Shown piece by piece: positions 15,427 through 23,293 of a stretch of 26,148 nt of DNA. The notes beneath the pieces are model-generated. The model had not been told where the DNA came from. It ran no database searches and saw nothing but the letters and a program-made list of their open reading frames with translations. Source of the DNA: a candidate division WOR-3 bacterium (GTDB lineage: Bacteria; Hydrothermota; Tepidihabitantia; Tepidihabitantales; JAOUPE01); contig JBDRUX010000025.1 of NCBI GenBank assembly GCA_039801565.1, positions 1 to 26,148 of the forward strand, written 5' to 3'. Each line of letters begins with the position of its first letter. The stretch's first letter is position 1. The position numbers were made by a program, and so were the translations under genes.

Positions 15427-18269
15427 AATTTCTTAGCCAAAGCCGAAAGCCAAATATTCTTTAAACGCAGGACGGGCACTTCAACAATCTTCTTTTGTTG
15501 ATGAAATATCTTAAGAGTTGGACTATCACAAGTTTTGCCAATTAGTGCAATTGGTAATCCGGTAAATAGTTTCTCAAATTCTTTCTTTTTCTTTTGACTA
15601 ACTTCGCAGAGGAATCGGGTGTTGGATTCGGAAAAGAGAATAAAGTCAGGACGTAGATTCGGTTCACTAACAATTACTGATGCCAAATCAATTTCAGCCC
15701 CGATTTCGCCCGCTAATGCCATCTCAGCGATTGCGACCCCCAAACCGCCTTCGGATAAATCGTGAACCGCATTCACTAAACCCCGTCGGATCGCTTCATT
15801 TAATTGGGCCATAATTATCTTGCCCAGTTTGGCATCAACTTTGGGAAGATTATTTCCTAAATAGTCATATAAGGCAAAATACTCTGACCCACCCAATTCA
15901 TTGTGGGTGATACCGATAAGATAGATTGAAGAACCACTTACTTTCAAATCCATTGTTACGGTCTTTTCGATATCATCAATGATACCTAAGGCTGAGATTA
16001 AAAGCGTCGGCGGTATGGCAACAATTGTTCCATCGTCTTGAGTAAACTCATTATAAAGGCTATCTTTACCGGAGATGAACGGTGTGCCATATTCTTTAGC
16101 AATATCATAACAGGCTTGTGCAGCACGAACCAATCCCCCTAAGACTTCTGACCGGTCAGGGTTTGCCCAGCAGAAATTATCCAAAAGCGCGGTTTTGGTG
16201 ATATCGCCACCAACCGCGGTTAAATTTCTTAATGCTTCATCAATCACTGATGCTGCCATCCAGTAGGGGTCAATTAAGCCATAACGCGGATTAATCCCAC
16301 AGGCGACGACAATTCCTTGCTTTTTATTCCGAATCGGTTGTAAAACACAGGCATCGGATGGTCCGATATTCTTTGCCCCCAAAAGCGGCTTTAATGTAGT
16401 TCTTGCCTGAACCTCATGGTCATATTGCCGAATTACCCACTCTTTGCTGGCAATATTGAGCGAACTTAATAGCCTCTCTAATGTCTTGGTTAAATCCGAT
16501 GGCAAGGGTATTTCGGGTTCAGGATATAATGATTTGGTCCAAGCGGCTTTTTTCTCAATCTTGGGCCAACCGTGATGCAAAAAATTTAGGTCAATTTCGC
16601 CAACGGTCTTCCCTTGATAACGAAGATGTAACTTTTTATTATTGGTAAGAGAACCGATAACCGTTGCTTCGACATTATGATTTTGGCAAAGTTCGAAAAA
16701 CTTTTGCCATTTCTCTTTCGGCACAAACAAAATCATCCGTTCCTGGGCTTCGGAAATCCAAATTTCCGTATAAGAAAGACCTTGATATTTTAAGGGTACT
16801 TTTGCCAATTCGACTTCGGCGCCACAACTACTGGCTAATTCACCAATTGCACTGGAAAGCCCACCACCACCACAATCGGTAATGGCATTGAAGAGATTTT
16901 GGTCACGTGCTGCTAAGATAACATCGGTCAATTTCTTCTCTTCGATTGGGTTACCAATTTGAACAGCCGTGGCAGAGATCTTTTCCGACGCCTCAGTCAA
17001 TTCTAAAGAGGCAAAGGTAACACCATGAATCCCGTCTCGACCGGTTCTGCCCCCAACCAGAACGATTAAATCACCAGGTTGAATCCGTTTTTCGATCTTA
17101 TCCTTCGGAATTAGACCAACGGTACCGCAATAAACGAGTGGATTACATAAGAACTGATTATGAAAATAGATGGCACCATTAGCAGTTGGTATGCCCATTC
17201 GGTTACCATAGTCGCGGACCCCGGCAACGACTCCTTTCATTATCCTGCGGGGTGATAGAATTCCTTTTGGGATTTTGGCTAAAGGAAAATCGGGTGGGGC
17301 AAAGCAGAAGATATCGGTATTAAGAATCGGTTTGGCACCCAAACCAGTTCCCAAACAATCTCTTATCACCCCACCAATACCGGTGGCAGCACCGCCATAG
17401 GGTTCTAAAGCTGATGGGTGATTGTGGGTTTCGACCTTAAAGGTAATTGCCCATTCCGAATCAAATGCAATCACACCTGAATTGTCCTTGAAGACCGAAA
17501 GACATAAGGGATGATTCAATTCTTTGGTGACGCGAAAGATTGTTGACTTTAAGAGGTTATTTATCTTGCGACCTTGGTAATCAATGATACCGGTAAAAGT
17601 CTTATGCTTACAATGTTCGGACCAAGTCTGGGCAAAAGTTTCCAGTTCAATATCAGTGGGATTGCGCCCCAATTTAGTATAATAATCTTTCAGTGTCCGC
17701 ATTTCGGCAAGATTGAGCGCAAGTTGGCGGGAACGTGACAATTCCATCAATTCGTCATCACTTTTGTCAATGATTGGCAATTGAATAACTTTGAATTTAT
17801 AGGGCGCGGGTTCAATAAATATCCTTTCACCTCTTTTTGCTTGGTGCTGAATCAATGGATTATAAAGGAGATTTTCGGCTACCTTTTTAATTTGTTCGGA
17901 TTTGGTTGAACCCGAAAAGAGATAGCGTTTGCCGGTCTTGACCTGGCAATTCGGATAGCCCATGGCGGTTAGAGCGCCGATAATAGTTTCCGCGGCGGGG
18001 TCCATTACCCCTGGGTTATAAACAATTTCGACCGACCTCAGTCCTGGAGTGGGAAAGTAGCCGATACAAAACGATTCAGTGACCGGGTCACAAAGCAAGA
18101 TTTTGGCAATCTTTTCAATCGCACTTTTATTCTTTATTCCTGAGATGAAATAGACCCGAAGGATTTGAATCTCTTTAATTCCCTTAACCTTTAAGTCTTT
18201 TATATCATGCATTAAGGCAGTAACTTCTGGGTCTGGGGTCAACTTTTTTATTTCGATGCGCCAAAACAC
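15423..18269 (-). CDS. purL: Phosphoribosylformylglycinamidine synthase, PurS-PurS-PurL fusion without glutaminase domain
   Basis: QTWSEHCKHK, KVETHNHPSALEPYGGAATGIGGVIRD, DCGGGG, ISEAQERM, QYDHEV, SGKDSLYN, VHDLSEGG. The first ~145 aa hold two PurS-like repeats (LLCDPVTE; PGVMDP...LLYNPLIQ). Confidence 0.93.
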   Translation of the reverse strand: MFWRIEIKKLTPDPEVTALMHDIKDLKVKGIKEIQILRVYFISGIKNKSAIEKIAKILLCDPVTESFCIGYFPTPGLRSVEIVYNPGVMDPAAETIIGALTAMGYPNCQVKTGKRYLFSGSTKSEQIKKVAENLLYNPLIQHQAKRGERIFIEPAPYKFKVIQLPIIDKSDDELMELSRSRQLALNLAEMRTLKDYYTKLGRNPTDIELETFAQTWSEHCKHKTFTGIIDYQGRKINNLLKSTIFRVTKELNHPLCLSVFKDNSGVIAFDSEWAITFKVETHNHPSALEPYGGAATGIGGVIRDCLGTGLGAKPILNTDIFCFAPPDFPLAKIPKGILSPRRIMKGVVAGVRDYGNRMGIPTANGAIYFHNQFLCNPLVYCGTVGLIPKDKIEKRIQPGDLIVLVGGRTGRDGIHGVTFASLELTEASEKISATAVQIGNPIEEKKLTDVILAARDQNLFNAITDCGGGGLSSAIGELASSCGAEVELAKVPLKYQGLSYTEIWISEAQERMILFVPKEKWQKFFELCQNHNVEATVIGSLTNNKKLHLRYQGKTVGEIDLNFLHHGWPKIEKKAAWTKSLYPEPEIPLPSDLTKTLERLLSSLNIASKEWVIRQYDHEVQARTTLKPLLGAKNIGPSDACVLQPIRNKKQGIVVACGINPRYGLIDPYWMAASVIDEALRNLTAVGGDITKTALLDNFCWANPDRSEVLGGLVRAAQACYDIAKEYGTPFISGKDSLYNEFTQDDGTIVAIPPTLLISALGIIDDIEKTVTMDLKVSGSSIYLIGITHNELGGSEYFALYDYLGNNLPKVDAKLGKIIMAQLNEAIRRGLVNAVHDLSEGGLGVAIAEMALAGEIGAEIDLASVIVSEPNLRPDFILFSESNTRFLCEVSQKKKKEFEKLFTGLPIALIGKTCDSPTLKIFHQQKKIVEVPVLRLKNIWLSALAKKL

Positions 18270-18275
18270 GGTTTT

Positions 18276-18303
18276 ATCATATTGCTGATTTTGGTGAAGT
18301 CAA
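18276..18303 (-). promoter_or_regulatory. Sigma70-type promoter of purL (predicts a leaderless mRNA)
   Basis: Minus strand TTGACT (18303-18298), 16 bp, TATGAT (18281-18276), 6 bp, GTG (18269). Confidence 0.7.
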
Positions 18304-18317
18304 TAATAGGGTTAGAC

Positions 18318-18345
18318 TTGACAGAAGCGAATTTTTTGCTATAAA
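18318..18345 (+). promoter_or_regulatory. tRNA promoter, divergent from purL
   Basis: TTGACA (18318-18323), 16 bp, TATAAA (18340-18345) preceded by TGC (extended -10); the tRNA begins 10 nt later. Confidence 0.65.
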
Positions 18346-18354
18346 TATGACAAT

Positions 18355-18428
18355 TGCGGGGTGGAGCAGCCTGGAAGCTCGTGAGGCTCATAACCTCAAG
18401 GTCGCTGGTTCGAATCCAGCCCCCGCTA
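18355..18428 (+). tRNA. Initiator tRNA-Met (CAT); CCA not encoded
   Basis: Acceptor (T)GCGGGG/CCCCGC(T)A with a 1:72 mismatch; D-stem GAGC/GCTC (A11:U24); anticodon stem TGAGG/CCTCA with loop CTCATAA (CAT 18389-18391); T-arm GCTGG-TTCGAAT-CCAGC. Confidence 0.95.
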
Positions 18429-18451
18429 CTTCACATCTTCGAGGAGGAGAA

Positions 18452-20014
18452 ATGAGAAGAATTGGTCTTTTAATTGCCCTATTCTTCTCCCTAACGCTCT
18501 GCCAATATTCTTTAAGAATGGAAGTTTTAGGCAGAGAGTTCGCTGGTTTAATCGAGGATCACTATACTGACCTTTTTATTAATCCGGCGAAATTATCCAA
18601 TTACGAAAGAAATTTTGAGTTTTTGCTCACCAATTTCAATTCTTCATTATATTCCTACCAACCGTTTCCCTTAGCGCTTTCTGGCTATCTTCTGTTAAAT
18701 AAGGGTAATCGAACAAAATTTGGGTTAATAACCCCATTTGAGATTTCTCACTCAAGTAACAGCGAAACTACGAAGGATACTACAATCAGAACACATGGTT
18801 ACGATTTTTCTGAACATAAAGAATCTAATCGTTATGGAGGATATAATTTCCCATTAATTTTGAGTGTTCCGATTGGTGGTTATAAGACCGGTCTTATGCT
18901 GAGCCCAAATTTAATATTAGGAAATCAAATAAGCAAAGATCTCGATATAGAGACCAATGAATATTCCCTCGACTTAAATGTATATGATGAAAATTTGACG
19001 AGCAAAACGTTCGTTTTACCCCTGACTTTTGGTTTGCTGGAAGATTTTGGCGATAAGGAATATGCGATAGCCTTGAAGCCCTATATCTTAAATTTCAACC
19101 AGAAGGATGCCTTTTTTGATAAAGATTCATTCTTAGTGTTAGAAATTGATGGCGCGGAAGAATATGTATCGGTCGACTACGAATTTGAAGACTACCGAAA
19201 AAAAGAGAAAGGTTTTGGTTTAGACCTGACATTTCAAGGACGCTGGAAAGATAGGCTTACAAAAAATTTATTTTTGGGTTTTTCATATAACAAAACCGAC
19301 GGAGAAATCTCCACGAGCAGCGAAGATTTTGTAAAAGAAGCGGAATATTCATTATATATCGAAAAAAATTCCTTTAACTCTTCAAAAAACGTTAAACGAG
19401 AAAAAATAGCGGCGGCCCTAGGGTTTGGCGGTGACTATCGGTCAAACTTTAATAACATTGATTTCCGATACCTGTTTGGAATAAAACCGCTACTTAAAAT
19501 TGAGAAAACGAAAGAGAAATTGGGTCCGGATTACCTGCAGTATATCTTTTACTCCGTTAACCACTACGATACCCTTGGTTATGTTGAAAATGAGATCTTC
19601 TGGAAAATGAAAGAAACAGATAATTATAACATCCGAGTCAATCTTTACTTGTTACAGGGGCTCGAAATATCTTCCGGTCCATTTAAATTAAGCGTTGGAT
19701 ATACCTGGCAACTATTTCGTGATTTAGTGGCAAGAACCACATCGTTCATTACGGTCGAATACGATTCTATTCACCGAGTTTATACTGATGGACCTCAAAC
19801 CGGAGAAAGCGAAGTAAGCGGCTCGATAAACGAATTAGACCTTAAAACAACTGAAGAAGAACGCAGCGGCTGGCTCGATTTTAGAAGCTTTGGTTATGGG
19901 ATAAGCTATCGTCCGGGAAGAAATGTCGAAATAATGTTAATGGAAGTCCCATCAATCATCGAAGAGGGTGGGAAACAAAGAGTCTGGTTTGCTGGGATAT
20001 CAATCGGGATTTAA
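18452..20014 (+). CDS. Hypothetical exported protein, probable outer-membrane beta-barrel with FadL/PorV-like NPA motif (520 aa)
   Basis: RBS GAGGAGGAG (18441-18449); signal peptide MRRIGLLIALFFSLTLC; RMEVLG...D..TDLFINPA near the N-terminus; alternating hydrophobic strands; ends VWFAGISIGI. Confidence 0.55.
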   Translation: MRRIGLLIALFFSLTLCQYSLRMEVLGREFAGLIEDHYTDLFINPAKLSNYERNFEFLLTNFNSSLYSYQPFPLALSGYLLLNKGNRTKFGLITPFEISHSSNSETTKDTTIRTHGYDFSEHKESNRYGGYNFPLILSVPIGGYKTGLMLSPNLILGNQISKDLDIETNEYSLDLNVYDENLTSKTFVLPLTFGLLEDFGDKEYAIALKPYILNFNQKDAFFDKDSFLVLEIDGAEEYVSVDYEFEDYRKKEKGFGLDLTFQGRWKDRLTKNLFLGFSYNKTDGEISTSSEDFVKEAEYSLYIEKNSFNSSKNVKREKIAAALGFGGDYRSNFNNIDFRYLFGIKPLLKIEKTKEKLGPDYLQYIFYSVNHYDTLGYVENEIFWKMKETDNYNIRVNLYLLQGLEISSGPFKLSVGYTWQLFRDLVARTTSFITVEYDSIHRVYTDGPQTGESEVSGSINELDLKTTEEERSGWLDFRSFGYGISYRPGRNVEIMLMEVPSIIEEGGKQRVWFAGISIGI

Positions 20015-20070
20015 GAAATCATAGTCGAGATTCGAACTCAACCGTTAAATCTTATTAAATTCTAATCAAT

Positions 20071-20874
20071 GTGAAAGGTATTATTTTTTATTTCAGTGGG
20101 ACTGGTAATACCGAGTTTGTCGCCAAGCAATGTCTAAAATATCTTCAGGCCAGTGGCTATGATATGGTGCTGCAGGCGATTGACCGAATTAAAACAATAC
20201 CAAATTTAGAAGATTATGATTTGATTGGTTTTGGTTTTCCGCTTTACGCCTGGAATTTGCCAATTAACGTAAGAAAGTTCATTGAGGATTTGCCTAATTG
20301 CTCAAGCAAAAATAGTTTCGTCTTTGCGACCGCAGGTGGTCCAACCGCATTAGGGGCATTAGGCATTGCGAAAGATTTGTTGAAAAAGAAAGGATTTTGT
20401 ATTAACGCTGCTGAGTGCTTTGAAATGCCGAGTAATGATAATCTTATATTTGATGCCGACGACCCAAAATCCAATCGGTTAGTTAAGTTAAAGCGGTTGG
20501 CAGATGAAAAGGCAAAAGAGTTTGTTAAAATGATTCAAACCGGCAAAGGTAAAATTTCCGGGGATAACCTTTTTATGAAATTTCTCTCTTTCGTCACTGG
20601 TTTTTGGCTAAATAAACTCTATCGTCCTTATTTTCATTATCACAAATTTTATGTTGATGAGAAATGTCGGTCCAATTGTCGCCTCTGTGAACAGACCTGT
20701 CCAGTCAATAATATTAAAAAAATTGGTCCGAAAGATGTCTTATTTGACCGGGCCTGTATTCTCTGTGCCCGCTGTATCAACTGTTGTCCAGTTTCGGCAA
20801 TTCAGTATGGCAAATCAAAAGGTAAACATCGGTTTAAAGACCTTGACTACCATCCACCAATCTTAAGAGAATAA
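20071..20874 (+). CDS. EFR1-family flavodoxin-ferredoxin fusion
   Basis: YFSGTGNT FMN loop, GFGFPLYA, MPSN; C-terminal CRSNCRLCEQTCP and CILCARCINCCP 4Fe-4S motifs. Confidence 0.88.
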   Translation: MKGIIFYFSGTGNTEFVAKQCLKYLQASGYDMVLQAIDRIKTIPNLEDYDLIGFGFPLYAWNLPINVRKFIEDLPNCSSKNSFVFATAGGPTALGALGIAKDLLKKKGFCINAAECFEMPSNDNLIFDADDPKSNRLVKLKRLADEKAKEFVKMIQTGKGKISGDNLFMKFLSFVTGFWLNKLYRPYFHYHKFYVDEKCRSNCRLCEQTCPVNNIKKIGPKDVLFDRACILCARCINCCPVSAIQYGKSKGKHRFKDLDYHPPILRE

Positions 20875-21008
20875 CCCTTGGTTCTATTAATGCCCAAAGC
20901 CAATCTATTGTTTAGAGTTTAGGTTTGCTATAGGGTGAAGTTCAATTCCAGCCACATTGATAATTTAGGAATTAAGTCCTTAATTTGGTTCAAAGCTAAC
21001 TACTTCTT

Positions 21009-21036
21009 TTGACTTGATTTCAATTTCAATCACAAT
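21009..21036 (+). promoter_or_regulatory. Possible promoter firing into array 2
   Basis: TTGACT (21009-21014), 16 bp, CACAAT (21031-21036). Same spacing as other promoters here, but the -10 is imperfect. Confidence 0.35.
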
Positions 21037-21082
21037 TGGTTAAGCCTAAACTCAGATTAAATAAAGAGTTAACTAATATTCC

Positions 21083-21310
21083 GTTCTCTAACTGGCTATC
21101 TGGATTACCTACCGGGCAATCCTCTGGTCAATACCGGAGGCAAGGCAGTAGTCAACCTACCGGTCAGTCAAGTAGGCAGTTTATGAGACAAGCCAGGGGG
21201 ATAGGGGGTGGGCTAGCCCCTAGGCTAGCCAGTAGGCAAGGGGGTGGGCAACCTACCGGACTGCCCAGAGGCTTGCCTGCACCATTGCCCAGAAGGCCAG
21301 TCAGTAGGTA
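21083..21310. repeat. Degenerate 12-bp-period quasi-palindromic array 2 (18-19 units, plus phased AT-rich tail to about 21478)
   Basis: Units from 21107: ACCTACCGGGCA ATCCTCTGGTCA ATACCGGAGGCA AGGCAGTAGTCA ACCTACCGGTCA GTCAAGTAGGCA GTTTATGAGACA AGCCAGGGGGAT AGGGGGTGGGCT AGCCCCTAGGCT AGCCAGTAGGCA AGGGGGTGGGCA ACCTACCGGACT GCCCAGAGGCTT GCCTGCACCATT GCCCAGAAGGCC AGTCAGTAGGTA. ACCTACCGG recurs at 21107, 21155 and 21251 (48 and 96 bp apart). GC is 126/216 over 21095-21310. Confidence 0.85.
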
Positions 21311-21746
21311 GACTTTCGCCTTTAATCGGGAATTGTTTATAACCCAAATACGAAAGTTATTAGAGAAGGTGGTTATATAACTCTTTGCCAAGTCTACACT
21401 TAGACAAGTGAAAAATTTGGAGCTGAATATGACCTTAAAACAGTTAAGCAAGTAATCAAGAAGCAAGGAGAGTAGCATTCACCAGCAAATTGCCCGTCAA
21501 GCCAAGTTAGAAAATTGCCTAGCATAGTCGAGCCAAGCAAAATTAACCCGACTGGTTTGGAGTGTCCTTGTGTCCCGTTATCTGGCTTATCTCAATTTCG
21601 TCTGGGAGATTTAGGGCAGCAATTTTATAATGATAAATCGGCTTTTGCTATTGCGAGATAATAAAATAATCAAAGGTAATTTTCCGGCAAAATGTTAAAT
21701 TAAACTGGCTTGATGGGGGTTATAGAGCCGGTCGGCTGAATACTTT

Positions 21747-22289
21747 TTAAAATAGCGAATTGCCTATTTTAACTTCGTAATAGGCTCCACCGTACTCAAC
21801 CCGAACTCGGTCTGGCTGGACTTCTTGGATCTTTCGACCGACAATTACATCGCCACTTTTTGCCCTTCGTTCGCCGATTAAGGCATAGCGTTCCCCACGT
21901 TCATCAACAAAGATACCCCTTAAGATATAACCTCCTTCAACTTTGACTCGTCCGCCAGAAGGTTGTCTTGAACTTGACCGTTCGCTCCGGCTAGTTCGTC
22001 TAACTCCTTCTTGGGCTAATGCCCGCCGTTCTTCGCGCCGGCGTGCTCGTTCCAGTTGACGTTGCGCTTTAGCCGTAAGTCGCTCGGTTGCGGTCCTTTT
22101 GCGCCTTACCCGCTCACCCCGTTCGACCCGTTCGGTCTTTGTTGCCGAAGCTTTTTTGCTACTGGTCTTTGCTTTTGGCGCTGAGGGTTTGCCCACAGTT
22201 AAAAGAACAACTACAAATACCAAAAGCACCAACCCCATTCCAATCCAGTTTTTATATTTCGCTAATGGACTTTGTGGTCTGCGACGCAT
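21747..22289 (-). CDS. Membrane-anchored Arg-rich protein with C-terminal GspB/GspC/PilP-like beta domain
   Basis: One TM (WIGMGLVLLVFVVVLLTV), a highly charged linker, then YILRGIFVD..GERYALIG...KSGDVIVGRKIQEVQPDRVRVEYGG; GAGG RBS. Confidence 0.6.
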   Translation of the reverse strand: MRRRPQSPLAKYKNWIGMGLVLLVFVVVLLTVGKPSAPKAKTSSKKASATKTERVERGERVRRKRTATERLTAKAQRQLERARRREERRALAQEGVRRTSRSERSSSRQPSGGRVKVEGGYILRGIFVDERGERYALIGERRAKSGDVIVGRKIQEVQPDRVRVEYGGAYYEVKIGNSLF

Positions 22290-22306
22290 TGTTGCCTCTT
22301 GATTAA

Positions 22307-22334
22307 ATCATAAGGAAAATAAACGATAAGTCAA
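22307..22334 (-). promoter_or_regulatory. Sigma70-type promoter
   Basis: Minus strand TTGACT (22334-22329), 16 bp, TATGAT (22312-22307). Confidence 0.7.
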
Positions 22335-22340
22335 GGAAGA

Positions 22341-23120
22341 TTATTGAGTTTTTCTGTTTTCAAAATGAGCCAATGAATCCGTCAGTTTCCGCGCGCCCCG
22401 GTAAGTTGAATAGACACCAAGCCCAAGCAAAAAATTCCAAATTAGATTCTTTAGAATTTGAATGAGCAATAGCCAATTGGTAATATACCCGGTGGACACA
22501 AGACTGTCAAAACTAATCTTGCTAATCTGGGCTACCGCATAGATTAATATCAGATGACCAATCAAGTAACCAATTAGACTGGGAATTACCATATCCATTA
22601 ATTTTTTGGGCCCAAAAGTTATGCCTAAGGCAAAACTTAAAAGGAGATAGATTGCTATAGGATTGTTTAAAATACCATTCAACCTGTCAAAAAGATTGAT
22701 ATCAGTGAAAATTGACAAAGTAAATACGATTACAGGTAGACTGAATCCAATCGTAATCGCCGAAAGGAAAAACTGCCAACGTTGCTTCGTATCATTCAAC
22801 AGCCAAGACATAAAAAACGACCAAAGATTAATTGCCACCAAGTAAATTGCTAAATCGGTAAGTAACTGCGTAAAACTTTTACCAATGTAACGGCAAAAAT
22901 CCAAACTGTAGGGGTTAGCAATGGTTGGATTGACCCGAATCGCACCGGAATGGTCATAATAGGGCTGAACCGTAAAATAAACAGTAGCCCCAAAGATTAG
23001 AGAAAATAAATAAGGTAGAGCTAAAGCGATTCCAGCTAATAAACTGAATATGATACAACGCGATGAACTGGGAATCTTTTTTAATTGAAGATAACGAAAA
23101 TCGAGATAGGTTGCCTCCAT
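22341..23120 (-). CDS. Hypothetical polytopic membrane protein (about 6 TM helices)
   Basis: 259-aa ORF with multiple hydrophobic segments; no family motif recognised. Confidence 0.65.
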   Translation of the reverse strand: MEATYLDFRYLQLKKIPSSSRCIIFSLLAGIALALPYLFSLIFGATVYFTVQPYYDHSGAIRVNPTIANPYSLDFCRYIGKSFTQLLTDLAIYLVAINLWSFFMSWLLNDTKQRWQFFLSAITIGFSLPVIVFTLSIFTDINLFDRLNGILNNPIAIYLLLSFALGITFGPKKLMDMVIPSLIGYLIGHLILIYAVAQISKISFDSLVSTGYITNWLLLIQILKNLIWNFLLGLGVYSTYRGARKLTDSLAHFENRKTQ

Positions 23121-23265
23121 TTGAACTCAGTTCTTCTAATTCATTTGAATCAAATAATGGTACATTTTAAATCTGCTTTTCGCTTTTATTTGATAACTTG
23201 AGATAATGGTTGTAACCCAAACTAAAAATGGTCACTCCAACATTGCCAAGCGAGTGAGTAGAAAT

Positions 23266-23293
23266 ATTTTAAGTTAAGTATTCACAGTGTCAA
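23266..23293 (-). promoter_or_regulatory. Sigma70-type promoter
   Basis: Minus strand TTGACA (23293-23288), 16 bp, TAAAAT (23271-23266). Confidence 0.6.

Noticed and set aside
18347..18451. N-terminal extension of ORF 18347-20014
   Set aside because: It is a chance read through the tRNA; the RBS and signal peptide place the start at 18452.
21196..21248. G-quadruplex from G-tracts in array 2
   Set aside because: It needs a loop of about 27 nt and competes with Watson-Crick hairpins; cannot be supported from sequence alone.
21036..21478. Overlapping ORFs 21036-21311 (+) and 21164-21478 (-) as confident genes
   Set aside because: They are antisense to each other, low in complexity and lack a clear RBS; kept only as hypotheses under the array findings.
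21487..21537. Short imperfect direct repeats (AAATTGCC twice, GTCRAGCCAAG twice)
   Set aside because: Only two copies each with unequal spacing; compatible with chance or an old micro-duplication.
18428..21746. Genomic island integrated at the tRNA
   Set aside because: No integrase and no duplicated tRNA 3' end found by eye.
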